Notes: generated by a model not told the origin, from the sequence alone. Positions 40,262 through 50,258 are shown, counted from the stretch's first letter. The stretch is DNA of 64,000 nucleotides from an uncultured delta proteobacterium (GCA_963826785.1 CAWGYD010000001.1:480001-544000); one strand, 5' to 3'. Numbers and translations are program-made.

Positions 40262-41676
40262 CCGAATCCCTCCTCTCCCTGAATGTCGAGCATGTCTGCA
40301 TCCTCAGGTGTTTTCTTGACCGGGAGCACGAACCGGTCCGGGTACTTGGCAATGGCCAGCAATTTGTACATCTCCTTCGCATCTGTTTCCGTCAGGCCGG
40401 TCTGTTCAAGGCCCCCCGCATCGGCCCGGCCGTCCACCTCCATGCCCCGCATGTATTGGCGCAGCGCCATCAGCCGCTTCAGGGACAACCGGACCGGGGT
40501 CTCGTCACCGGCGGCCAGGAGATTGGCCAGGTATTTTACCGGGATGCGCATGGCATCGATCACCTCATCCGGTGTCGCCGCATCGGAAATCCCGCCTTTT
40601 ACCGGGCTCATGGGCGGCACGTACCAGACCATGGGCAGGGTCCTGAACTCCGGGTGCAGCGGCAGGGCCAGCCGCCAGGTTTTAATCAATCGAAACACCG
40701 GCGACCGGCGGGCCGCTTCCAGGTAACCCGGGGGGATCCCCTGTTTTTCCGCGGCCTGCATCACTTCTGCATCACTCGGGTCCAGGATCAGATCCAGGTG
40801 CGCCGGGTAGATCTGCCCGGGGTCTTTCACTGCGGCGGCTTGACCGATCCGGTCCGCATCATAGAGGAGGACGCCCACATAGCGGATGCGGCCCACGCAC
40901 GATTTGGCGCACAGGGTGGTCTCCCCGTTTTCCACCCGGGGATAGCAGAAGATGCATTTTTCAGAGGTCCCCCGCTTCCAGTTGAAATAGACCTTCTTGT
41001 AGGGGCACCCGGACACGCAGTACCGCCACCCCCGGCACCGGGCCTGGTCCACCAGGACGATGCCGTCCTCGTCGCGCTTGTACAGCGCACCGGACGGGCA
41101 GGAGGCCACGCACCCGGGGTTGAGGCAGTGTTCGCACAGCCGGGGCAGCCAGAACATGAACACCCGCTCAAATTCCAGGTAAGCCTTGGCGTCGATCCCG
41201 TCGAAATTGACGTCCCCGCCGCCGGTTTCCACCGTCCCGGCCAGGTCGTCTTCCCAGTTGGGTCCCCACTTGATGCGCATGTGTTTTTTCGTGATCACCG
41301 AATGGGGGCGGATGGCCGGCTGGTGCTTTTTCCGGGGGCTGTCGGTCAGATGCTGGTAGTTATAGTCCCAGGGTTCATAGTAATCGTCGATGGCAGGCAG
41401 ATCGGGGTTGTTGAAGATGCGGGCCAGTTTGTAGAAGCGGCTGCCGGCCTTCAAACGGAGCCGCCCGTTTTTCTCCTCCCATCCGCCCCGGTAGATCGCC
41501 TGGTTTTCCCATTTTTTGGGATACCCGATTCCCGGCTTGGTTTCCACGTTGTTGAACCAGATGTACTCGGCCCCTTCCCGGCGGGTCCACACGTTCTTGC
41601 AGGGGAGGCTGCAGGTGTGGCATCCGATGCACTTGTCCAGGTTCAACACCATGGCGGTCTGCACCTTAATCTTCAT
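40255..41676 (-). CDS. narH: Respiratory nitrate reductase beta subunit
   Basis: LNLDKCIGCHTCS, WFNNVETKPG, PRLCEHCLNP and CRGWRYCVSGCPYKK. Confidence 0.96.
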   Translation of the reverse strand: MKIKVQTAMVLNLDKCIGCHTCSLPCKNVWTRREGAEYIWFNNVETKPGIGYPKKWENQAIYRGGWEEKNGRLRLKAGSRFYKLARIFNNPDLPAIDDYYEPWDYNYQHLTDSPRKKHQPAIRPHSVITKKHMRIKWGPNWEDDLAGTVETGGGDVNFDGIDAKAYLEFERVFMFWLPRLCEHCLNPGCVASCPSGALYKRDEDGIVLVDQARCRGWRYCVSGCPYKKVYFNWKRGTSEKCIFCYPRVENGETTLCAKSCVGRIRYVGVLLYDADRIGQAAAVKDPGQIYPAHLDLILDPSDAEVMQAAEKQGIPPGYLEAARRSPVFRLIKTWRLALPLHPEFRTLPMVWYVPPMSPVKGGISDAATPDEVIDAMRIPVKYLANLLAAGDETPVRLSLKRLMALRQYMRGMEVDGRADAGGLEQTGLTETDAKEMYKLLAIAKYPDRFVLPVKKTPEDADMLDIQGEEGFGW

Positions 41677-44600
41677 ACCAGTCCACCTCCCCGGCCTTTT
41701 TCACGATGATCACCTCGTCACGCTGGGCCCCGGTGGGGCCGTAATAGTTGAACCCGTAGCTGAACTGCGCATATCCGCCGATCATCTGGGTGGGCTTGAT
41801 CATGATCCGGGTCACGCTGTTGTGGGTGCCGCCCCGCTGGCCGGAGCGCTTCGACCCCGGCGTGTTGATCAGCCGTTCCTGGGCGTGGTACATGAACGCT
41901 TTTCCCCTGGGGATGCGGTGGCTGACCACCGCCTTGGCCATGACCACGCCGTTGACGTTGAAGCATTCGATCCAGTCGTTGTCGGCCACATCGATGGCGG
42001 CGGCATCCTCGCTGTTGATCCAGACCGCCTCGCCCCCCCGGAACAGGGTCAGCATCAGGAGGGTATCCGAGTAGGTGGAGTGGATCGACCACTTGGAATG
42101 GGGGGTGAGGTAGTTTAAGACGATATATTTTCCGCTCTCCCGGATGCCGGCGGTGGACCCCATGGCCCGGGTGTCCAGCGGCGGCTTGTACACGGGCAGG
42201 CTTTCCCCGAAATCGACCATCCAGGGGTGGTCCTGGTAAAACTGGGCCCGGCCCGTCAGGGTGCGAAAAGGGAGTTTCTGCTCGATATTGATGACAAAAG
42301 GGGAATATCTCCGGTTTTCCGCCTCGATGCCGCTCCAGGTGGGGGAGGTGAGGATCGCGCGCGGCTGGGCGGTGATGTCGGAAAAGGTGATCCGGTCGCC
42401 TTGCCGCTCGGCGCTGAGATGGGAAAGGGACAGCCCGCTGGTCTTTTCCACGCCGTGCCACGATTTGACCGAGGTCTTCCCGTTGGTCTCCGGGGCCATG
42501 GCTAAAATCACCTGCGCCGCGGCCTTGCCGGTATCGAGCCGGGGCATGCCGAAGCTGACCCCCGGTGCGGTGACCGTGCCGAGTTCATCCTTCAATGCCG
42601 CGTATTCGTCATCGGCCTTCCAGGAAACCCCCTTGGCCCCCATCCCTTTTTCGGCGCAGAGCGGCCCTAAAGCCGTATACATGTTGTAGGTGTTGGGGTA
42701 GTCCCGGTTCACCACGGTGAGGTTGGGCATGGTTTTTCCGGGGACGGGATCGCACTCCCCCTTTTTCCAGTCCCGGATTTCGGGCTGGGCGATTTCGCCC
42801 GGGGTGTCATGGGAAAGCGGTGTGGCCACCAGGTCTTTTTCCACCCCCAGATGCCCGGGGGCCAGCCGGGAGAACTTTTCGGCCAGGGTCTTGAATTGGT
42901 CCCAGTTGGTTTTGGATTCCCATGGCGGGTCGATGGCCGGGTTGAAGGGGTGGATGAACGGGTGCAGGTCGGTGGTGCTCAGGTCGTGCATCTCGTACCA
43001 GGAGGCGGCCGGCAGGACCACGTCGGCATACAGGGCCGAGGTGGACATGCGGATTTCAGATGTCACCAGCAGATCGAGTTTTCCCTCCGGGGCGGTCTCC
43101 GGCCACTCGATCTCCTGGGTGCGGTGCGCGCTTTCTTCATTGTTCACCGCGTTTTCCACCCCCAGCAGGTGCTTTAAGAAATATTCGTGCCCCTTGCCGC
43201 TGGCGCCCAGGACGTTGGCCCGCCAGAAAAACATCACCCGGGGAAAATTCTCCGGGCTGTCCGGGGCCTCGGCGGCAAACCGTAAGCTGCCCGATTTAAG
43301 TTGCCGGGTCACCTGCTCAATGATGGCATCATCGGTTTTTGCGCCGTCTTTTTGGGCCTGGCGGCACAGATCGATGGGGTTGCAGTCAAACTGGGGAAAC
43401 GATGGGAGCCAGCCCAGGCGCGCTGCCACGGCATTGTAGTCGGCCGGGTGCCGGTACAGGGGTGCGCGGCGCGCAGGGGGGGAAAGGGTGGTGGCATCCA
43501 GCGGGTCGTAGCGCCACTGGCCGGTGGCGAAATAAAAAAAAGAGGTCCCGTTCTGCTGCCGGGCCGGACGAACCCAGTCCAGGCCGAAGGCAACCTGCAT
43601 CCAAGAGGCGATGGGCCGGATCTTTTCCTGCCCCACGTAATGGGCCCACCCGCCGCCGTTGACCCCCTGGCAGCCGCACAGGGTGGTCAGGTTCAGAATG
43701 GCCCGGTAGGTCATGTCGCTGTGAAACCAATGGTTGGTTCCCGCGCCAACGAAAATCATGGCCCGGCCCCGGGTTTTCTCGGCGGTTTGGGCAAACTCCC
43801 GGGCCACCCGGACCGCATCTTTCGCGGCAACCCCGGTGATGGACTCCTGCCAGGCCGGAGTATACGGCTTTTTATCCTCATACCCGGAAGGATAACCGTC
43901 AAGATCGGCATCATCAGGAAAGCCGGAGGCGCCCGCTTTTGGACGGATGCCCAGGTTGGCCGCCATCAGGTCAAATACCGTGGCCACCCGGATATCGCCC
44001 CGGTCGGTCCGGACGGTTTTCACCGGCACGCACCCGGTCTTTTCTTCGATGCCGGAAAGGGCGAACACGGGAAATTTCAGATGCACCCACCCGTCGTTTT
44101 CCTCGGCAAAACTCAACAACGGGTCGATTGGCACCCCTGTGTCCGGGTGTTCGAGTTTTAAATTCCAGCGCCCCTCTTCGTTCCACCGGAATCCGATGCT
44201 GCCGTTGGGGACCACCGGCGATGCGGTATTCGCATCGAATATCACGGTTTTCCATTCGGCATGGTTGTCTTTTCGTCCCAGGTCTGCGGCCCGAAGGAAC
44301 CGGCCGGCTGCGTCGCCGCCCGTTTCGGCCGACTCGATCTTCACCAGGAAGGGAAGGTCCGTGTAGGTCTTGGCATACGGATAAAAGTAGTCGGATTGCC
44401 GGTCGATGAAAAATTCCTTGAAGACCACATGGGTCATGGCCATGGCCAGGGCCCCGTCCGTGCCGGCCTTGGCCGGCAGCCAGGTGTCGGCAAATTTCAC
44501 GTATTCCGCATAATCCGGTGAGACGGCCGCCACCTTCGTCCCCCGGTACCGGGCCTCGGTGTAAAAATGGGCGTCGGGGGTCCGGGTCTGGGGAAGATTG

Positions 44601-45391
44601 GTTCCCCACACGATCATGTAGTCGGCCCCGAACCAGTCCGCGCTCTCGGGCACGTCGGTCTGGTCCCCCCAGATCTGGGGCGAGGCCGGCGGCAGGTCGG
44701 CATACCAGTCATAGAAGCTGAGCATGGCCCCGCCGATGAGCGACAGGAACCGGGCGCCCGAGGCGTAGCAGACCATGGACATGGCCGGTATGGGGGTAAA
44801 TCCGAAGATCCGGTCCGGCCCGTAGGTCTTGATGGTGTGGATCAGCGACGCGGCCACCAGGGTGGCGGCCTCATCCCAGGAAACCCTGACCAGTCCGCCC
44901 TTGCCTCGGGCCTTCTGGTACAGCCGGATATTTTCCCGGTCGGCGGCAATGTGCGCCCAGGCCTCCACCGGGTCCGGGTGCGCCGCCAGGGCGGTGCGCC
45001 ACAGATTCAGAAGCTCCGAACGGATGTAGGGGTACTTGATCCGCACCGGGCTGTAAACATACCAGGAAAACGTGGTTCCCCGGGGGCAGCCCCGGGGTTC
45101 GTGGTCGGGCAGGGCCGCGCCGCAGCCCGGATAATCGGTCGCCTGCAGCTCCCAGACGATCACCCCGTTCTTGACATGGACCTCCCAGGAGCACGAACCG
45201 GTGCAGTTCACCCCGTGGGTGGATCGGACCTTTTTATCGAACTGCCAGCGGCTGCGGTAAAACGATTCCCATTCCCGCTGATCACAGCGCACCTCGGCCA
45301 GGCCATCGGCCAGATTTTCTTTTCTGCACGCGCGGTCTTTTCCGCGGGGGCGCAGGAACCGTAGTCTCGAAAATAAAGGGGTTCGCCTCAT
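41666..45391 (-). CDS. narG: Respiratory nitrate reductase alpha subunit
   Basis: RSTHGVNCTGSC, PRGCPRG, SFYDWYADLPPASPQ, HYVGQEK and YGFNYYGP; GGAGG RBS before ATG 45391. Confidence 0.96.
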   Translation of the reverse strand: MRRTPLFSRLRFLRPRGKDRACRKENLADGLAEVRCDQREWESFYRSRWQFDKKVRSTHGVNCTGSCSWEVHVKNGVIVWELQATDYPGCGAALPDHEPRGCPRGTTFSWYVYSPVRIKYPYIRSELLNLWRTALAAHPDPVEAWAHIAADRENIRLYQKARGKGGLVRVSWDEAATLVAASLIHTIKTYGPDRIFGFTPIPAMSMVCYASGARFLSLIGGAMLSFYDWYADLPPASPQIWGDQTDVPESADWFGADYMIVWGTNLPQTRTPDAHFYTEARYRGTKVAAVSPDYAEYVKFADTWLPAKAGTDGALAMAMTHVVFKEFFIDRQSDYFYPYAKTYTDLPFLVKIESAETGGDAAGRFLRAADLGRKDNHAEWKTVIFDANTASPVVPNGSIGFRWNEEGRWNLKLEHPDTGVPIDPLLSFAEENDGWVHLKFPVFALSGIEEKTGCVPVKTVRTDRGDIRVATVFDLMAANLGIRPKAGASGFPDDADLDGYPSGYEDKKPYTPAWQESITGVAAKDAVRVAREFAQTAEKTRGRAMIFVGAGTNHWFHSDMTYRAILNLTTLCGCQGVNGGGWAHYVGQEKIRPIASWMQVAFGLDWVRPARQQNGTSFFYFATGQWRYDPLDATTLSPPARRAPLYRHPADYNAVAARLGWLPSFPQFDCNPIDLCRQAQKDGAKTDDAIIEQVTRQLKSGSLRFAAEAPDSPENFPRVMFFWRANVLGASGKGHEYFLKHLLGVENAVNNEESAHRTQEIEWPETAPEGKLDLLVTSEIRMSTSALYADVVLPAASWYEMHDLSTTDLHPFIHPFNPAIDPPWESKTNWDQFKTLAEKFSRLAPGHLGVEKDLVATPLSHDTPGEIAQPEIRDWKKGECDPVPGKTMPNLTVVNRDYPNTYNMYTALGPLCAEKGMGAKGVSWKADDEYAALKDELGTVTAPGVSFGMPRLDTGKAAAQVILAMAPETNGKTSVKSWHGVEKTSGLSLSHLSAERQGDRITFSDITAQPRAILTSPTWSGIEAENRRYSPFVINIEQKLPFRTLTGRAQFYQDHPWMVDFGESLPVYKPPLDTRAMGSTAGIRESGKYIVLNYLTPHSKWSIHSTYSDTLLMLTLFRGGEAVWINSEDAAAIDVADNDWIECFNVNGVVMAKAVVSHRIPRGKAFMYHAQERLINTPGSKRSGQRGGTHNSVTRIMIKPTQMIGGYAQFSYGFNYYGPTGAQRDEVIIVKKAGEVDWYED

Positions 45392-45436
45392 CCGGCCTCC
45401 GTGATGCGGTTTTTGATTGCGGCATTTTGATAACAA

Positions 45437-45502
45437 AGAATGCGGTTTGCAAAAAAAGTTGTCAAACCGGAGAGAAGAGGCGTAGTTTATTTGATCGGAT
45501 CA
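45437..45502 (-). promoter_or_regulatory. Possible nar promoter plus upstream palindrome
   Basis: TTGACA (45465-45460)-N17-CATTCT on the minus strand; TGATC-G-GATCA palindrome at 45492-45502. Confidence 0.4.
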
Positions 45503-45644
45503 TAAATATCTTGTTCCCGGTTGTCTTTGCGCGAAGAACTTTTTGAAAGTGGATAAAAAGAAGCAAAGCGAATCGACATCATAACCTTTTTTACTTCTGG
45601 CTCCTTTTTCGATCCGTGGGAATTGGAAACGCAGGGAAAACATC

Positions 45645-47000
45645 ATGAACCCATCAAACGAACAAACGGATGTGGTATTGGTTTACCCGTACTATTACAC
45701 GCATGCCCTCAAGGCCATGCTGTTTCATCCGCTGGGAATCGCCCAGTTGGCCGCGCTGCTGCGCGAAAGGGGCATTTCCACCCGGGTGGTCGACTGCACC
45801 TTTCTGGACAGGGATTCGGCGATCGCCTCAGTTGCGGCGGCCCGGCCGAAAATCGTGGGCATTTACATCATGCTGTCCATGTCGGCAAACGCCCTGGCGC
45901 TTGCGGCGGCCCTTCGAGACCGCCTTCCCGGAGCCGCAATCGTCTGCGGAGGACCGCTTCCCACTTTGCGCCCCGAAGTTTTTTCGCCGGTATTCGATAT
46001 GGTTTTCCGGGGGGAGGCGGCCCAATCGTTTCCGGATTTCTGCGCCGATTACCTGGCGGAAACGCAGCCGAATGCGGATTTCGCATCCGTTATTGACGAG
46101 CCGACCCGATATCCGGGAATCTATCGGCGGCAGCCCGGCGGCGGGATTGTTTCATCCCCATCCCGGCATTCCGATGAAGACCAGATCAATCTACTGCCGA
46201 AACCGGATCGCAGCGATTATCCCCATGCGGCTTACCAGCGCTTCTGGCGCGATGCGCAGGGATTTTCCCTTGCCGGCATCATGACCACTTACGGCTGCCC
46301 GTATCACTGCGATTTCTGTTCAAAACCGATTTACGGGAATATCCTGCGGCGGCGATCCATGGACCGCATTTTCGAAGAGATCGCCGACATCAAACAACGG
46401 GGATACGACGGACTGTGGATCGCCGATGACTGCTTCAGCATCGACCCGGGCCATGTCCGGGCTTTCTGCCGTCGGCTGATTTCGGAAAAACTCGACATGA
46501 AATGGTTCTGCCTGGCCCGGGTGGACGGCATCTCTTCGGCCGACATCGGCCTGTGGGAGGCGGCGGGCTGCAAAAAGGTGTTTTTCGGACTGGAATCCGG
46601 GGACAACCGGGTGCTTTCTCTGATGAACAAGAAGACCACCACCGAAATGGCGGAGCGCACGCTTGACCGGTTTGCCAAAAGCGGCATCGATACCGCCGGG
46701 TTCTTTATCGTGGGATACCCCGGCGAAACCCACGAGAGCATCGAGACCACCTTTACGTGGGCGCTTTCCCTCCCGCTGGATGAAATCTCTTTTTCCGTTC
46801 CGTACCCGCTTCCCGGCACGCCCCTCCATGACCGGGTCGTCCTTTCCGGAAACCAAGCCGACTGGAACTACGAAAACGAAAACAAGATGGTCTATGCCTC
46901 GGATTTCGATGAATCCTACCTGAAAGCCCGAATCGATTCGGCATATGCCGAATTTGCGGCCCGGCGCCAAAAGCGGCCGACTGCGGGAACCCGCCGATAA
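45645..47000 (+). CDS. B12-binding-domain radical SAM protein
   Basis: HPLGIAQLAA cobalamin-binding-type N-terminus; CPYHCDFC; FGLESG; PLPGT. Confidence 0.88.
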   Translation: MNPSNEQTDVVLVYPYYYTHALKAMLFHPLGIAQLAALLRERGISTRVVDCTFLDRDSAIASVAAARPKIVGIYIMLSMSANALALAAALRDRLPGAAIVCGGPLPTLRPEVFSPVFDMVFRGEAAQSFPDFCADYLAETQPNADFASVIDEPTRYPGIYRRQPGGGIVSSPSRHSDEDQINLLPKPDRSDYPHAAYQRFWRDAQGFSLAGIMTTYGCPYHCDFCSKPIYGNILRRRSMDRIFEEIADIKQRGYDGLWIADDCFSIDPGHVRAFCRRLISEKLDMKWFCLARVDGISSADIGLWEAAGCKKVFFGLESGDNRVLSLMNKKTTTEMAERTLDRFAKSGIDTAGFFIVGYPGETHESIETTFTWALSLPLDEISFSVPYPLPGTPLHDRVVLSGNQADWNYENENKMVYASDFDESYLKARIDSAYAEFAARRQKRPTAGTRR

Positions 47001-47800
47001 TGATCCACAGGCTCGGGTTGCCGGATGGATTGTACCTGGTTCATTCCGATCAGCCGGGAGAAGGCAAAACCCGGGGCATGGCCAAAGGGCCGCACCTGGG
47101 GTGTGGCCATACCCTGTTTGCCGGCGGATCATCGGGTTTCGGACTTCCGGTCTTAAAGACGCCGGGACGGACGGTCTTTTCGTCCCTGCACGCCATCTCC
47201 CGGCCGGCACCGGACTGCCTTGAAATCGTCTATGATGTAAACCGGATCGTTTCATGGCATTTCCTGGGCGTAAAAACCCCGTCGATTTTTTCCGAGGTTC
47301 TGGAGAAATTGACGGATGGGTACATGAAAGTCCCCGGATGCCAGCAGGGCCTGCTGATGATCCGCAACCGGCTGTTTCAGCTTTTTCGGATTAAAAGCCG
47401 CATGGCAAAAGACCGCAGCCGGGGCCTTTGTCGGGTGACCTGCCGGACTGAAACCGGGAAACTGGCGATCCGGGTGGACGGCAGGGACCTGGCGGGCACA
47501 GGAGAATTGATCCTGTTAAACGAGGCGGCGGGAAACGCCTTTACCCGGCTGCGGATCAACGGCCGGATCTATGACGATCATCAGATTCCCGCCTGGATTT
47601 CCTGCCCCCTGGCCGCCCGTTTTGAAAATCCGGATGCCGGCGTGGGCTTTGGGGTTGATTTTCCGGACAAGGAGCCGGGAAAATTCCGGTTGGATGCCGG
47701 CCGGGAAGTCGGCCGGGGGCTGAACTGGGCCGGATTTGCGCTGACCATGGGCCGGCGCGCCTTTGCCTACCAGGTCCATTTTGACACCGATCGATGCTGA
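47000..47800 (+). CDS. Hypothetical protein coupled to the radical SAM gene
   Basis: TAATG stop/start overlap; 266 aa; no recognised motif. Confidence 0.6.
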   Translation: MIHRLGLPDGLYLVHSDQPGEGKTRGMAKGPHLGCGHTLFAGGSSGFGLPVLKTPGRTVFSSLHAISRPAPDCLEIVYDVNRIVSWHFLGVKTPSIFSEVLEKLTDGYMKVPGCQQGLLMIRNRLFQLFRIKSRMAKDRSRGLCRVTCRTETGKLAIRVDGRDLAGTGELILLNEAAGNAFTRLRINGRIYDDHQIPAWISCPLAARFENPDAGVGFGVDFPDKEPGKFRLDAGREVGRGLNWAGFALTMGRRAFAYQVHFDTDRC

Positions 47801-47861
47801 TGGATACGCAACGCATTGCCTCCCGACCCGGCCGCCCCGCCCGCCCCGCCTGCACCGTCCG

Positions 47862-48110
47862 CACCCCCTTTTTTTTTATTCCCCCTCGAGGGGACTCCCC
47901 ATTTTTCACTCCCCCTTCGAGGGGACTTCTCGATTTTTTATTACTCCCTCAAGGGAACCACCCCCTTTTCATTCCCCCCTCAAGGGAACCACCCCCTTTT
48001 CATTCCCCCCTCAAGGGAACCACCTCCTTTTCATTCCCACCTCGAGGGAGCCACCTCCTTTTTACTCTCTCCTCGAGGGGATCTCCCCCTTTTTATTCCC
48101 CCCTCGAGGG
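47862..48110. repeat. ~31-bp tandem array (about 8 units) of family A half-units
   Basis: Units such as CCACCCCCTTTTCATTCCCCCCTCAAGGGAA repeated contiguously; element resumes at 48584-48612 after the insertion. Confidence 0.88.
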
Positions 48111-48170
48111 CATAGGCGCTAACTTAATGACCGATGCAATATCTTCTAATTTGTCGTTCCTCTTAAGAGC

Positions 48171-48534
48171 GTCATTCCGGCAGTCTTTAAGCCGGAATCC
48201 AGGAAGACGAAATGAACAGGCAACCAGCGGTATACATTCTTGCAAATAAAAGAAACGGCACCCTTTATATCGGTGTGACCTCCGACCTCATCAAGCGAGT
48301 TTGGGAACATAGAAACAATTTCGTGGAAGGGTTCACCAAAAAGTATGGAGTCCATTTTTTGGTTTGGTATGAGCTTCATGGAAGTATGGAATCTGCTATC
48401 CAGCGAGAGAAACGATTGAAAGACTGGAAACGAAAGTGGAAAATGCATTTGATTGAGAGAACGAATCCCGATTGGGAGGATTTGTATCCCGCAATCATTT
48501 AGATGGATTCCGGCTAAAAGACTGCCGGAATGAC
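48171..48534. repeat. Inverted pair of family C REP-like hairpins bracketing the GIY-YIG gene
   Basis: GTCATTCCGGCAGTCTTTAAGCCGGAATCCA (48171-48201) and its reverse complement at 48504-48534 (30/31). Confidence 0.9.
48212..48502 (+). CDS. Small stand-alone GIY-YIG nuclease
   Basis: VYILANKRNGTLYIGVTSDLIKRVWEH, FTKKYGV, AIQREKRLKDWKRKWK and NPDWEDL. Confidence 0.92.
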   Translation: MNRQPAVYILANKRNGTLYIGVTSDLIKRVWEHRNNFVEGFTKKYGVHFLVWYELHGSMESAIQREKRLKDWKRKWKMHLIERTNPDWEDLYPAII

Positions 48535-48675
48535 ATAAAGGATGATTACGGGGGGGATACTATGCGTTAAGTCAGCGCTTATGCCCCTCGAGGGGGGGGC
48601 AGGGGGGGTGTTCGGACCGGCGAAAAAAACTTATTTTAAACCCTTGTCGAGTTGAGGCCCTTGAAAGGAGCGACC

Positions 48676-49825
48676 ATGCCGTTTGATTTCTTCCTGATGT
48701 TGAAGATGCTGTTCAAGTCCGTGGTCTCCTACCGGGCCACCGGTTTGAAATTTACCCCCCAGCGGATCGCCTTCACCCTCTTTTTCCCGGTGATGTTTTT
48801 GTTCCAGGAACTGATCACCTGGGCCTGTCTGCTGCTCGATGACCAGATCTACCCCGACTACCGGAAGGTCGAGGTGAACCGTCCCCTGTTCATCGTGGGA
48901 TTTCCCCGAAGCGGAACCACTTACCTGCACCGGCTCATCGACAGTGATCCGCAGTTCACCGCGTTGAAGATGTGGGAGTTGATGTTTGCTCCCTCGATTC
49001 TTCAGAAGAAGTTTTTTCTGGCCCTGGGCAGACTGGACCGCAGAATCGGACATCCCCTTTACCGGATGGTGTTGAAATTCGAAGACAAAGCGTTTGCCGG
49101 GTCCCGCAAGATGCACCGGATCAGCCATTTCGAGGCGGAAGAAGACGAACTTATCCTGCTTCACATCTTTTCTTCGGCATTTCTGTTTTTCATGTTTCCT
49201 TTTGACGAGATGAAGCGGTTCACGCATTTCGACACGGATGTGCCCGCCCGCCGGCGCCGGGCGATTATGCGCTTTCTATAAAAAATGCGTACAGCGGCAT
49301 TTGTTCATGTTCGGCCCGGAAAAGATCTTTTTATCCAAGAACCCGGCTGGCAGCGGTAAAATCGAATCCCTCTATGAGACGTTTCCCGATGCGAAAATCG
49401 TGTGCATGGTGCGAAACCCGCTGGATGCCGTGCCCTCTGCCATCAGCTGGATGTCCTACGGGTTCAATACGTTCAATACCGATGAAAAACCCTACCAGAC
49501 AAAGCGGATCATGTCCGCCATTTCCCACTGGTACGCCTATCCCCTCATGCGGCTGGATTTAAGGGATGCGCATCAGCAGGCGATAAAAATCTACGATGCG
49601 CTGGTTTCCGATCCCGCCCCCTTTGTCAGAGGTCTCTATGAGCGGTTCGGGTATACTCTCTCCGGTGATTTTGAGGTGTTTTTAGCCAAAGAATCGGAAA
49701 AAGCGAAAAGTTATAAAAGCGGCCACGACTATTCCCTTGATCAGTTCGGCCTGACCCGTGAGCAGGTCGTGTCTGATTTTGCGCCGGTTTTTGAGCGGTT
49801 TGGTTTTCCGGAAAGGCAGGTTTAG
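48676..49825 (+). CDS. PAPS-dependent sulfotransferase (+1 frameshift at TTT 49273-49275)
   Basis: FIVGFPRSGTT in the first frame; LSKNP and VRNPLDAVPS in the second; removing one T gives MRFYKKCVQRH. Confidence 0.8.
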
Positions 49826-49985
49826 ACGCCTGTAATCCCTATCATCGGCAAATATATCCGAATTCATGATGAATTTGCGCTTGATAAACAAGCCTTTTGT
49901 TTTATTATTTCCAAGTTCCCCCGTTGTTTACCCGCAACCGATTCAATAACTTATATTTCATACCGCAGCTGGTCTGGACAGCGGA

Positions 49986-50228
49986 CCCGATGTGGTGGTG
50001 ATGGATGTCTCCATACCGAAGATGGACGGCGCAGAGTCCACCCGCCGGATCAAGGCCGAATTGCCCCAGGTGCGGGGAATTGCTTTATCCATGTTTGATG
50101 GTCAATATGTGCATAAAAGAATGGCTTTTGCAGGAGCGGAGACATTTGTCAGTAAAAATTCATCTTCGGATGACTTGCTCAAGGCGATTTTTGGCGAATC
50201 CAGCCCGAACCCAAAGGGAAATTCTTGA
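49986..50228 (+). pseudogene. Truncated receiver-domain remnant paralogous to the C-terminus of the downstream kinase
   Basis: 49986-50189 aligns without gaps to 52176-52379 (PDVVVMD.S.PKMDGA...SKNSSS.DLLK); N-terminal part of the domain is missing. Confidence 0.7.
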
Positions 50229-50258
50229 GAATTCTGAATCTGGAAAATTTTAGATAAA

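Larger units (their letters stand above)
48111..48583. mobile_element. Non-autonomous cassette with IS231/IS4-like ends carrying a GIY-YIG gene
   Basis: TIRs CATAGGCGCTAACTTAA (48111-48127) and TTAAGTCAGCGCTTATG (48567-48583), 15/17 match; flanking direct repeat CCCCTCGAGGG at 48100-48110 and 48584-48594. Confidence 0.8.

Noticed and set aside
41666..45391. Perchlorate reductase or other periplasmic DMSO-reductase type II enzyme
   Set aside because: No Tat signal, and narJ, narI and narK are present
45491..45503. Canonical FNR box upstream of narG
   Set aside because: TTGAT-CGG-ATCAT has 3-nt spacing rather than TTGAT-N4-ATCAA; kept only as an unassigned palindrome
45645..47000. Activating enzyme for the glycyl radical enzyme
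   Set aside because: It has a cobalamin-binding-type N-terminus and lacks the GRE-activase architecture; it lies about 7 kb away on the other strand
47862..48110. CRISPR array next to a nuclease
   Set aside because: 31-bp units abut each other without spacers; the adjacent nuclease is GIY-YIG, not Cas
47763..48249. Pro-rich repeat ORFs across the tandem array (likewise 12881-13540)
   Set aside because: Translations of non-coding C-rich repeats whose period is not a multiple of three
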